Origin: Methylotenera sp.
GTDB lineage: Bacteria > Pseudomonadota > Gammaproteobacteria > Burkholderiales > Methylophilaceae
Direction: 5' to 3'
Length of the DNA stretch: 64,000 bases
Assembly (NCBI GenBank): GCA_021732405.1
Contig: JAKFVB010000022.1
Location: 552 to 64,551, forward strand
Positions within the stretch are counted from its first letter, which is position 1; every line of letters begins with the position of its first letter. The notes beneath the pieces are model-generated. The model saw only the letters and a program-made list of their open reading frames with translations, made no database searches and was not told where the DNA came from. Shown in pieces: positions 41,070-51,000 of this stretch. The translations under genes and the position numbers were made by a program.

Positions 41070-42836
41070 TTAAAACTTGGTGTTCAAATCAAGCAATAGC
41101 ACATCGATACCTAATGGATCTAAGCCCCCGCGCGGCGAAATCTCATCGGCGCTAAACCAACGTGCTTGCAGCCATGTATTTTTACCGATGCCGTAACTGC
41201 CGCCCAAAATCCAGCCTTTTACATTCGTACCACGTTGGTAAAAGTCAGAATCGGTAAACGTATCCACCACTGAATCGGCCTCTAGGTGCTTATAAGCGGC
41301 AAACACTTGCCAGTCATGCAGTTTTTCGGTGGTGGGCATACCAACATCTAGCCTTACTTGATAAGCGTTTACTTCTTCATCAGGCACTAAGCCAGGCACA
41401 ATGCCTGTTCTTCTGATGATTTCGTTACGGTCAAAACCAATATTGCGCACATAATCACCTGTTAAGCTAATGTGTACAGGATCAAAAGCAGCAATATCCA
41501 CCTTGCCCGTCAGGTTAAGCTCTCTAAATTTAGAGGCGTAACCAAATAGTGGGTCGCTGCCGAACTGTCCCCCATTTATGTCAAATGTTGAGTTACCTTT
41601 AGTGCGTGCGTTGGCAGATGTTGAATTAAAGGGTGCATTGGGCCCAAATTGACCCGCAGGGTTGGCAATACCCTCAACATTATCAAACTCATATAATGCC
41701 AATCCCACTTTGACAGACGATTTATTGGCAGAAGTCCATTTAATGCCCGTTTGCGCACCATACAACCATTTATCTTTGGCTCTGTTAAATTCCGAGCTTT
41801 CAATCTCATCTATCGGAAACACGCCAGCTGTTGCAAAGCCAGACCAACGATCATTAAATTTGGGCTTATAACTAGCTGCAACACCATCAAACGCCAAATC
41901 AGGATCCCACACCAAATCGGTTGAGAACCATGGGTTTTCAAAGCGACCACCCACCAAACTTAATTCTGGTGTGATATTGGTTTTTAAGAAAACACGGTCT
42001 AGATTCAACTCATACTTACCACTCACGCCTTGTAATGTTTCGTTAGCAGAAATAGGGTCATTTATACTACCAGTGGTCATTCTGATGCCACCGTTTAACC
42101 AATCGTTTACTTTGATATTAAAGCCGAATCTTGCACGCACCCGCGCACGATTTCGGTCTTCGGTTGTGTTGTTTAAAACCACATTGTTTGCCGCAATAAA
42201 GTCATTCAGATTGGGATTACCATCTGGAAATTGCGTAGTTTGGTACCTCAATCTTAAATCGCCCTCCCACTGCAAACGGTCAATCCAATCGGGCAAGCCT
42301 AAACGCTCACCCGCTTTGAAATTCAGTTTCGCCATCACTTCTTTTTTAATTTCTTCTTTCATTTCATTTTTAACAATTTGCGGTACATATTGCACACGCA
42401 CTTTTTCATCGACGATTTTGCCGACCATTTTTTCATCTGCAGACAAATCAGCTGTATTTTGATTCGCCAGTGCTGTAGCGGTGTCTAATTCTTTGGCTTT
42501 TTCGGCATCGGCTGCGGCTTGTTTTAATAAGGCCTCTGCTTTCTCTTTGCTCAATACGCCTTCTTGCACCAATAAGTTAACCAAGTTAACAGTGGTTGAG
42601 CGTAACTGCTCTAGCGATTCGCGCTCACCTGCAACGGCATTATTGGTACTCATACTTAACGCTATAATAAGCATTAAAAGTGTATGAACAGGCTTGTTTG
42701 CATGGCTTAAAAAGCCACCCTTTTGCCCCATAGCAGCTAATCCCAAGCTTAATTTTTTCATGCTGGGTTTTACACTTAGTTTTATCGTCATTTTCATGGT
42801 CGTTCTCGTTTTAATTTCAATTAATTGTTTAATCAC
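41070..42836 (-). CDS. Putative porin with N-terminal periplasmic extension
   Basis: NLLVQEGVLSKEKA N-domain; GDLRLRY, RNRARVRAR, DLVWDPDL, TDSDF, ends DLNTKF. Start uncertain. Confidence 0.8.
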   Translation of the reverse strand: MIKQLIEIKTRTTMKMTIKLSVKPSMKKLSLGLAAMGQKGGFLSHANKPVHTLLMLIIALSMSTNNAVAGERESLEQLRSTTVNLVNLLVQEGVLSKEKAEALLKQAAADAEKAKELDTATALANQNTADLSADEKMVGKIVDEKVRVQYVPQIVKNEMKEEIKKEVMAKLNFKAGERLGLPDWIDRLQWEGDLRLRYQTTQFPDGNPNLNDFIAANNVVLNNTTEDRNRARVRARFGFNIKVNDWLNGGIRMTTGSINDPISANETLQGVSGKYELNLDRVFLKTNITPELSLVGGRFENPWFSTDLVWDPDLAFDGVAASYKPKFNDRWSGFATAGVFPIDEIESSEFNRAKDKWLYGAQTGIKWTSANKSSVKVGLALYEFDNVEGIANPAGQFGPNAPFNSTSANARTKGNSTFDINGGQFGSDPLFGYASKFRELNLTGKVDIAAFDPVHISLTGDYVRNIGFDRNEIIRRTGIVPGLVPDEEVNAYQVRLDVGMPTTEKLHDWQVFAAYKHLEADSVVDTFTDSDFYQRGTNVKGWILGGSYGIGKNTWLQARWFSADEISPRGGLDPLGIDVLLLDLNTKF

Positions 42837-42857
42837 TGCACTGCTTTCAAGGCCACA

Positions 42858-43592
42858 TTAGCCAACAGAGCGCGCAGTCACTCTTAATTTCACAGGTTGC
42901 GGCATATCGCCTGGCGGCTTTTCAGCCAGTTTTGGCATCGCATCCAGTTGTTTTTTAATCAGGGTATCAATATCTGGCTTGCCGCTTGAGCTAGCCAGTT
43001 CAAAGCGCTCAATCGCGCCATTTGATGCCACCCACACTTTCACCACCACTTTATAAGCGCCACTTGCCAGCGTTTTATCTTTGCTCATGGCGTCTTCAAT
43101 TTGGTTTTTAAGCAAATCGGTATACCAAGCAAATTGATATTTATTTGGCCCACCACCAATGGTATTACCTGTTTTTACGTCGCCACCTTTGTAGTCGTTG
43201 GTTACAGGACCCGATCCAAACGGACTTGGGCCATCGCCTGCGGCACCTTCCATTTTTAACTGCTCGGCAGGCGGCGTTTCTACTGGTTTTGGTTGCTCTA
43301 CCTTAATTTCTTTTGGTGCGTCTGGCTTAGGCTGCTCTTTTGGCGGTTCTTTGGGCGGCGGCGGAGGTGGCGGTGGCGGCGTATCTGGTAGCAACTTAAT
43401 GGTTGTAACCTTTTTTTTCGCTGGCGCGCCGCCAGACATTAAACTACTAATGCCGTAACCAATGCCGCCTAATACAATTAAACCAATCAATATGATTGCG
43501 ATACGTTTAAGCCAAACGCCAGTCTGCGATTCTGGCTCATCTTCATCCAGCATTGGGTCGTAGGTTTTGTTCATGTTTTCTTGCATCATCAA
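42858..43592 (-). CDS. TonB/TolA-like energy transducer
   Basis: Single N-terminal TM, poly-Pro linker, TonB_C-like SSGKPDID...PPGDMPQPV. Confidence 0.85.
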   Translation of the reverse strand: MMMQENMNKTYDPMLDEDEPESQTGVWLKRIAIILIGLIVLGGIGYGISSLMSGGAPAKKKVTTIKLLPDTPPPPPPPPPKEPPKEQPKPDAPKEIKVEQPKPVETPPAEQLKMEGAAGDGPSPFGSGPVTNDYKGGDVKTGNTIGGGPNKYQFAWYTDLLKNQIEDAMSKDKTLASGAYKVVVKVWVASNGAIERFELASSSGKPDIDTLIKKQLDAMPKLAEKPPGDMPQPVKLRVTARSVG

Positions 43593-43598
43593 TAACGC

Positions 43599-44003
43599 TT
43601 ACGTGCCAATTCGGCCTGTAACCAATCCCACGTTTTCAATTTCCAACTTATTCACTAAATCAATCACACCTACCACGCCTGCATAAGGCGCTTTTGCGTC
43701 GCCGCGAATCATCACGTTAAATTTTGGGTCAGCTGCTTTTGCTGCATTTAGTTGGTTTTCCAGCTCAGTCATACTCACGCCTGCGCCATTAATCGTCAGG
43801 CCACCACCTTGTTGCACTTGCACAATTTTAATTTCATGCTTTTCAGTGCTTGGCTTGTTAGATGGCTTAGGCAAATTCATGGTTAAACCCTGTACACCTG
43901 CTGTGGTCATCAGGATAAAAATCACCAGCAACACATAGGCTAAATCCAACATCGGCGTGATGTTGATGGTGTCGTATGGCTGTGCATCATTTTGTACTTG
44001 CAT
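43599..44003 (-). CDS. exbD: ExbD/TolR protein
   Basis: INITPMLDLAYVLLVIFI with conserved Asp; IRGD. Confidence 0.9.
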   Translation of the reverse strand: MQVQNDAQPYDTINITPMLDLAYVLLVIFILMTTAGVQGLTMNLPKPSNKPSTEKHEIKIVQVQQGGGLTINGAGVSMTELENQLNAAKAADPKFNVMIRGDAKAPYAGVVGVIDLVNKLEIENVGLVTGRIGT

Positions 44004-44047
44004 TTAAAGTCCTTGTGTTGGTTAAGTTATTTAAAAAGTTAACCTAT

Positions 44048-44458
44048 TTAATTGCTTAACTTTTTAGTCACTAAACCGACTTCAGTAATATCCAATTTTT
44101 TGCAAATCTCTAATACTTCAGATACTTTTTCATAATTAGCTGTTGCATCACCTTTTAACACCACAGGTAATGCAGGGTTACCACTTTTAAACTCACTTAA
44201 ACGTTGCTCTAAAGTAATCATGTCTACTGGATAAGCATCTAAATAAACACTGCCATCGCTGGTAATCGTAATTGCGCGCGTTTGCGGTTTGGCTAAACTG
44301 CCAGAGTTAACCGTTTGTGGCATATCTACCTTTACGCCTTGCACCGACGCGGTTGTCATGATGATAAAAATCACCAGCAACACGTACGCCAAATCCAACA
44401 TCGGCGTGATGTTAATCTCGTCGTATAGCTGGTTCTCTTCTTTTATACCCTCTGACAT
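44048..44458 (-). CDS. exbD: ExbD/TolR protein
   Basis: INITPMLDLAYVLLVIFI; LKGD. Confidence 0.9.
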   Translation of the reverse strand: MSEGIKEENQLYDEINITPMLDLAYVLLVIFIIMTTASVQGVKVDMPQTVNSGSLAKPQTRAITITSDGSVYLDAYPVDMITLEQRLSEFKSGNPALPVVLKGDATANYEKVSEVLEICKKLDITEVGLVTKKLSN

Positions 44459-44461
44459 TTC

Positions 44462-46147
44462 TTATTCTTTACCAAATAACTCGGCAGAACGTGTTACAAA
44501 CTCATCCACAAAAATCTGCATGGCAATGGTGATATTTTTGATGCGGCTAGCTAAATAGTTGTAGCCAAACAAAGCAGGAATCGCCACCGCCAAACCGGCA
44601 ACCGTTGCCAGCAAAGCGGCTGCAATACCAGGCGCAATCGCATTTACGTTCACATCACCCGCAGCGGCAATCGCCGCAAAGGTAATCATCACGCCCACCA
44701 CCGTGCCTAATAATCCCAAGAAAGGGCCGCCAGAAATCGCAATGGTCAGTAACACCATGCCCGCATTTTGGCGCTGTGTTTCGCGTACTAAATCCGCATC
44801 AATCGCTGCTTTAATGGCATCCATCGATGCGCCACTGAGTGATAGTTTTTCACCCTCATGCTGGCGCTTTTTAATCTCACGCAAACCTGCTTGATACAAC
44901 TTAAATAGATTGGAATGTGGATATTTACCGCCCTTATCTAGCTCCAATAAGTCGCTGGCATTCGATTTTTGAAAGCGCGCTAAGAATCTTTTATTGTCTT
45001 TATCGGTGTGCGATACCAGCATGGCTTTGCTCCACATCACCCACACACTAATCGCAAACATCACAGCTAAAATACCAATGACAATTTTGGCGTCAATTGT
45101 TAAGCTGTTAATTAAAATGCCAAGGTAATTAGCTTCACCCTCCTCCTCTTCACCATCCTCACCGCCCTCACCTTCAGCGATTTTTAACAGTTGGCTATCA
45201 ACACTTTCGCTACTGGCAATCAGCTTGATAAAGTCTGCGCTGCGCGCTATATTGGCAATTTCCAACTCATCTACTTCGCCCGTAAAACCCTCACCAATTT
45301 TAATATCGGTGGCTGTATCTACCGTTGGCACATCGCCTGTGGCTACTTCTACACCGTTTAAATACAGTACGGCTTTACCAGCATTTAAGGTAAACGCAAT
45401 ATGTTGCCAAACAGCAGGTTTTAGCTCGCCGCCCGTTAATACAATTTCGCCTATTTTTAGCGTTAAGTTCTGCGCGGCAATGGCTAAATCCACGTTATTT
45501 TCTTGGCTATACAAGCTTGCTGTTTGTGGCAAGGCGCTTGGCTTAATCCATGCAGACCAAGTAAATCCTGCGCTGGCATTGGTGGCGGCATTGGCAGGAA
45601 TCACTAGCGCTTCGCCTGTTAACACTGCACTTTCGCCAATTAAGCCCGCTTTTTGCGCGGTAATTTTGCCACTGGCAAATAAGCCTGATGTTGAACTATC
45701 TTGCAGTAAGGCTTTGTCAGAAAACTGGAATTTAGCGACTAAGTGTGAATCCAGCATGATTTTTGGGTTAGCGGTACTGGTGGCGTTTTCGTTACCGTAA
45801 TACAACCAAAAATGAGCATCTTTATCTGCCCCGCTAATTTGCGGAATTTGTACCCAAATAATGGCTAACTCATTTACCGCATCAAATTTTTCTACAAAAT
45901 ATTTGAGCTCAGTTTTGTCATCTTGCGCAATAAAACGGATATCAGAGCCATCAATATTCACAGACGTAAAATCAAAATTACCAGAATGCAAACGCACCAC
46001 CACAGAGGGCTGAACGATAGCCTGTGTAATGCCAACGGCATTAATGCTGATTTTTTTACGCTGTGGCCAATCGGCATTCCATTCTGCAAAGCCACTTATC
46101 GGAAAAAGCCCCATCACCAAACTTAATAACACTAACCATTTCTTCAT
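44462..46147 (-). CDS. DUF2341 + LamG-like + MotA/TolQ/ExbB fusion
   Basis: Signal peptide; DGSDIRF...LYYGN (DUF2341); WIKP...WQHIA...LYLNG (LamG); GPFLGLLGTVVG and ATVAGLAVAIPA (ExbB); ATG 46147 with AAGGGA RBS. Confidence 0.88.
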   Translation of the reverse strand: MKKWLVLLSLVMGLFPISGFAEWNADWPQRKKISINAVGITQAIVQPSVVVRLHSGNFDFTSVNIDGSDIRFIAQDDKTELKYFVEKFDAVNELAIIWVQIPQISGADKDAHFWLYYGNENATSTANPKIMLDSHLVAKFQFSDKALLQDSSTSGLFASGKITAQKAGLIGESAVLTGEALVIPANAATNASAGFTWSAWIKPSALPQTASLYSQENNVDLAIAAQNLTLKIGEIVLTGGELKPAVWQHIAFTLNAGKAVLYLNGVEVATGDVPTVDTATDIKIGEGFTGEVDELEIANIARSADFIKLIASSESVDSQLLKIAEGEGGEDGEEEEGEANYLGILINSLTIDAKIVIGILAVMFAISVWVMWSKAMLVSHTDKDNKRFLARFQKSNASDLLELDKGGKYPHSNLFKLYQAGLREIKKRQHEGEKLSLSGASMDAIKAAIDADLVRETQRQNAGMVLLTIAISGGPFLGLLGTVVGVMITFAAIAAAGDVNVNAIAPGIAAALLATVAGLAVAIPALFGYNYLASRIKNITIAMQIFVDEFVTRSAELFGKE

Positions 46148-46192
46148 GCTGCTTCCCTTTGTATTCAATTTATTTACTTCTATATTCAATGA

Positions 46193-47863
46193 TTAAAAAT
46201 CGTACCAAAAGCGTATATGGCTTAAAAAATCGCCTTTTTCGGTTGCGGCGCTGTCTCTTAATGCCCACGCCAAATCCAAATTTAAATTAAAGTTTGTCCA
46301 GGCTTTGGCGCGCAGGCCAATGCCGTAGCCAGCCAACACAGATTGCCTGTCTTGTCCAGGCAGTGGATCAATTGTTCTAATCTTGGCAATATCGTAAAAC
46401 GCCGCTAATTTTGTGTTTTGCAGCCAGTTAACATTTTTAAATAGCACTGGTGAAGTTAATTCTAAAGTTGAATGAATACCTTGATCGCCCGCTTCTTCCG
46501 ACTCTAGATAACCTCTAACAGTATCTGCACCGCCCACCAAAAACTGCTCATTGGGAATCAATGGTGAGCCAGAATATTGGCCATCAATTTTGGCTAACAG
46601 TTGAAAATCTTTAGGTAAGTTTTGTGTGCGTTGTAAATCGATTTTTGCTACAAAGAAATTAGAATTCGCACCAACTCTTCTGGCTTCAAATTCTGCTTCA
46701 TCAGAAATAAAACCACGCAAACCTACGTTAACGCCTGTGTTTAGCTGCGTTCTGCCAGTGGCGCCTTGCCAAGTTCCGCTGTAAGAAGCTGATAACGGCG
46801 CGTAAGTCACAGGTGTCTCAAAATCGGTGCCAAAGACAATGGTTTGGCCAAAGTCTTTGTAATCAATCCCCAAAGAAATCGAATGGAAGTAGTTATCTAA
46901 ATTTGGCAAAGGCTTGATTAAGCGCGCGCCCAAAATAGTACCGTCGCCCAAAATATTGACACCGCCCACTGTGGCTACGTTACTTTTAGACCTAACGCCG
47001 TATAAGGCCAATAAAATGTCACTGGTGTCAAAGCGCCATAAATAGTTGGCCGATAACACTTGTACTTCATCTGTATTTTCTGGCGAAACCAAGAAATTAA
47101 GTGACAGGCTGTGCTCTCGCTGCCACAAGTTATCGTATTTAATCGTGCCGCCTAATCTTGGCTTGGTCGTGTCGCGGCTATAGCGATTATTGAGTTCTAA
47201 GTTTGCATGCAGTGGCAGTGTATCTTCTACTTTTAAATCCACTTCTACCGTACCAAAGGTTTTACCAGCCCTTAAAACGGGCGTCACTCGCTTATCTGAT
47301 GAGCGATTTAAGCGCGTAATATCGGCTTGCAAGGTGGGGAAATGCGGTACTTGGCCCTCTTGAACAGATGGCGACAACGCTTTAATACGGCCCAATGAAA
47401 AGTATTTTGAGTCTTTCACTCTAAACTTAGCGACTTTGCCTTCAGTGACATTTAAGCGGACTACTTTTTTATCCACATCTTGTTCGGGAATATCCACCAA
47501 AACCGTTAAATAGCCTGCTTGATGGTAAGTTTTTTCTAGTGCATCACGCGCTTTATTCACATCATCAATTGATTTTTTTTCACCCATGTGCGGGTAAACA
47601 GCTGTTTCAATTTGCACATTGGTGAGCTTGGTATTGCCGTCTACCTGAAACTCATAAATATCGAAATAATTGACTGCTGGCTCAGCCTGTGTGTTTACTT
47701 CTGCTTGTACGCCATCTTGAGCCGCTGCTGCGTCCTGCTTTTGTGTTGCAACTTCCGCCTCTGGCGCGATTGACTCTTCTGCCGCGCACAGCACTTCTAC
47801 ATTCATCAGCAACAGAATGCTTAACACAACTGTGCTTATTGTTTGGTTATAGTGCTGACGCAT
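46193..47863 (-). CDS. TpsB (ShlB/FhaC/HecB) two-partner secretion transporter
   Basis: POTRA (VDGNT...YHQAGY), NLWQREH, VRGY motif, C-terminal aromatic residue. Confidence 0.92.
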   Translation of the reverse strand: MRQHYNQTISTVVLSILLLMNVEVLCAAEESIAPEAEVATQKQDAAAAQDGVQAEVNTQAEPAVNYFDIYEFQVDGNTKLTNVQIETAVYPHMGEKKSIDDVNKARDALEKTYHQAGYLTVLVDIPEQDVDKKVVRLNVTEGKVAKFRVKDSKYFSLGRIKALSPSVQEGQVPHFPTLQADITRLNRSSDKRVTPVLRAGKTFGTVEVDLKVEDTLPLHANLELNNRYSRDTTKPRLGGTIKYDNLWQREHSLSLNFLVSPENTDEVQVLSANYLWRFDTSDILLALYGVRSKSNVATVGGVNILGDGTILGARLIKPLPNLDNYFHSISLGIDYKDFGQTIVFGTDFETPVTYAPLSASYSGTWQGATGRTQLNTGVNVGLRGFISDEAEFEARRVGANSNFFVAKIDLQRTQNLPKDFQLLAKIDGQYSGSPLIPNEQFLVGGADTVRGYLESEEAGDQGIHSTLELTSPVLFKNVNWLQNTKLAAFYDIAKIRTIDPLPGQDRQSVLAGYGIGLRAKAWTNFNLNLDLAWALRDSAATEKGDFLSHIRFWYDF

Positions 47864-47930
47864 GAAAAAGAAATCCCAAGACTATCAGTGCAGAAATACC
47901 GCATTTTCTGCACCCTAAAATTAAGGCTTG

Positions 47931-47964
47931 ATAGTAATAGGACTATGTGACGATAAAATTACAA
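47931..47964 (-). promoter_or_regulatory. Pho box-like promoter of the tpsB-exbB-exbDD-tonB-porin operon
   Basis: TTGTAAT-TTTA-TCGTCAC, 10 bp spacer, TACTAT (-10). Confidence 0.65.
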
Positions 47965-48036
47965 ATAACTACGGTTGTTAAAATTTCGCCTACTTGTTAC
48001 AAATGACTTTAGTTTGTTACAAGTGGGCAAAAATTA

Positions 48037-51000
48037 TTAGGGCTGACAATCTTTTTTAGTTTTGTCGTCTGGTACACAAGGCTTAAGCTTAGGACTAGTC
48101 GGCGCTAATTCATCACCCAACGAAATCACTTCAACCGTAATTAACGACGGCAGTGCAGCAAGTTTGTTGCCGTCTGTTTTGGTGGATTCTGCTATCTCAC
48201 TGCCCTGTTTGTTTTGCGCAGTCGGGTCGCTAGATGCAGGTGCAGTTAAGCCAGCCGCACCAGTACTCGCCACTGGTAAGCCAGTTGAAGTACCGCCCAC
48301 TTTAATATTATCTGCACCAATAATGACACGTGCACCCAAATCAATATCGCCTGCTGAACGAATACCCGCTTCACCCGCATTAATTTCACCATAAGGCGCA
48401 AACAAACTGGCTCTGCCAGGCACGCCGCCTGTTGAGGTTAACGCAGCGATACCACTACCTGTTACCGCACCAGAAAAGTCAAACGTTACTTGGCCATTTT
48501 GAATCGTAATTAAAGGTGGCGGTGTACTAGATGATGTTTTTGCGCCACGGCCCGCATCAATACTGCCTAATGCTGAATACAAGAGTAAATCGCTACCGCC
48601 CAATGTAAACACACGCGACTGATTCACTAAAAAGTCATCCCGCACAAAGCCCAGCAAATCACCGCCGCGCAAGGTCACAATACCTAGCTCGCTATCTGGT
48701 TTGGCAATGCTGCTGGCTACTGCTAAGCCCGCATTCACCAATCCACCTGGTACTAAAATCTCAATAGCGCCGCCACTTTCACTTCTAATTTGACTATAAA
48801 AAAGGCTTAAGTCGCCAGGGTTGCTGACTTCTTCGTTACCAATACTTTCAAAACCGTTCATGATTGAGCCAGTGCTTGCCAATAGCGACTGAGTTGTTTC
48901 TGGTTGTGCAAAGGTTGGGAACATTGTCAAAATGGCGCGTTGTGATCGTGAATAATCGCCAAAGGAGCTATTGTTTACATCCAGCGCATCACGTCCACCC
49001 GCTCTTAATTCTGCAAAGTAAACGCTATTAATAAAGCCTGTTTGCGATTGTTTATCTAGCTGCCTAAATGCAGTTAATGCCTGAGTGCTATCAATACTGC
49101 TATCGCCAGTGCGTGTGCGTATTAATTGGGTTAATTGCGGCAGATAAATACTAGAGTAAATAGAGGCTGGGTCTACATAGGCATTTAAAACACCTTCAAA
49201 ATCAGCAACCGCCGCTGCACCCGCTTGCACTAATAAATCTGCGCCTTGCGTAGGCAAGAATGGGTTGTATAAATTACCCAACGAACGAATACCGTCCGAA
49301 GTACCTAAATCAATGTCTTTATTAGCAGTTACATGCAATCGGCCAGGGCCAGTTACTTGAATACCACCATCTGAAATTTGCAGTGTGCCGCCACTTTGGC
49401 CTGCGTCGTTGTAATAAATATTATTACCCGCTTCAATAACAGAAATATCGGTCGGGCGAATATTTTGCAAAATCACGTTAGCATCAACCACATCATTACC
49501 TGCGCTAATAATGGTTGCTTTTGGTGTAATGAGCGGCGCTGCAATATTAAATGTGCTTACTCCGTCAGTAGTTACCTCGTTATTAAAAGCAATATCGTTT
49601 AATGCATAAATACGTACTGGTTCAGTGTCATTGATATGCAGCAAACCTGCAGTATGTGCTGCACCACCTTGGAATGTGCTAATTTGTGGTCGCGCAACAC
49701 CTAAAAAGTTTGTTGTAATAAATGGTAAGGTGTTTGGATCTACTTCTGAAATCACCAAGCCATCGATATTAATATTATTACCCGCTAATAAAGTGGCATT
49801 ACCTGTCCTGGAAGGGAAAAGTGTGACTGATTCAATATTAATATTGCCATTTGGGGTTGCAGCAAATAAATTAGACGGATACGCCTCTGTATTACCACGC
49901 ACTTCGATATTGCCAGCCAGCGAAACAGCACTCACTGCGGCATCTTCTGTATATGTGTAAAAATTTGCTAACCGTGTTCTGCTCTCAGATGAAGTAATTG
50001 TAGGGTTGGACGCGCCAGTAACTGTAATATTTCCAGTTGCAACAAGTGAAGCTTGCCCATCCATTAAGGCTATTGTGGCGCTTAAATCACTGCCAGATTG
50101 TGCGTTAATATCCCCTTTACCTGTGTAAAGCAGTACTTGTGAAACTGCACCATTCGCTTGCAAGTTAACGTCGCCACCGCCCAGTTCTTCAAAGCTGGCT
50201 AAGTTAGGCGCTTCATTTAATGGTCCACCTAGCCTACCATTATTAGCCGCAGCAACTTGTAAATTGCTGACTTGACCAGCGGTCTGAATATTCACATCAC
50301 CGCCGCCAAGTGTCGCTAAGCCGTTGGTAAAACCAGCTGTCCTGTTAGCAGGAAGCCCAGTCGTAACAGTGTCATAGCGATTCCACCATCTTGCTTGTGT
50401 ATTTTGCGTTGTACTATTTTGTGCAGTGTGAAAAACCCAATCCGTTACTGTTTGAGTTTGTGCCTCGCGCGCAGACCCAGCTAAATTACCGCCTAAGGCA
50501 ATATTGATGTCACCGCCACCATCCGCATAAATTTCGCGATCTTGCGCAAATGAAAGACCTATAAAATCTACTGGGTTGGTAGTGTCTGGCAAACCTGTGG
50601 TGTAAATCGCCGCGCCTGCACCATTCAAAGTGCCTAAATTAAGGTTATTACCCGCCGCTGCATGAATAAAACCAGTTCCAGTGCGAACAAACTGACCATC
50701 ACGTACAGAAATATTACCCGCTCCAGCTAAGGTTGTTTCTATATTAGCAGCTGTTCTATCTGCACCAGCAACCAAGCGATAACTCCAGCTGCCTGACCGT
50801 GGAGCAATAATATTATTCGCAACTGAAAACTGTTCGTAATCAATGTTACCGTTAATATTTAAATTGTTAGCCGCGCGTAAATTTAATATGCCGCCACTGT
50901 TAACTAATAGGTTTGCAGCTGTAGTAGAGTTGCCCAATACCCAATTATTTTGAACAGTAAAGTTATTAACAACCCCCACATTCAAGTCGCCTGTACTAAA

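Noticed and set aside
43320-43385. GGC/GGT-rich repetitive stretch
   Set aside because: Encodes the poly-proline linker of TonB; not an independent repeat.
48037-48700. TpsA C-terminus as a CDI toxin
   Set aside because: No VENN/ELYN motif or downstream immunity gene; DUF3739-like end followed directly by tpsB.
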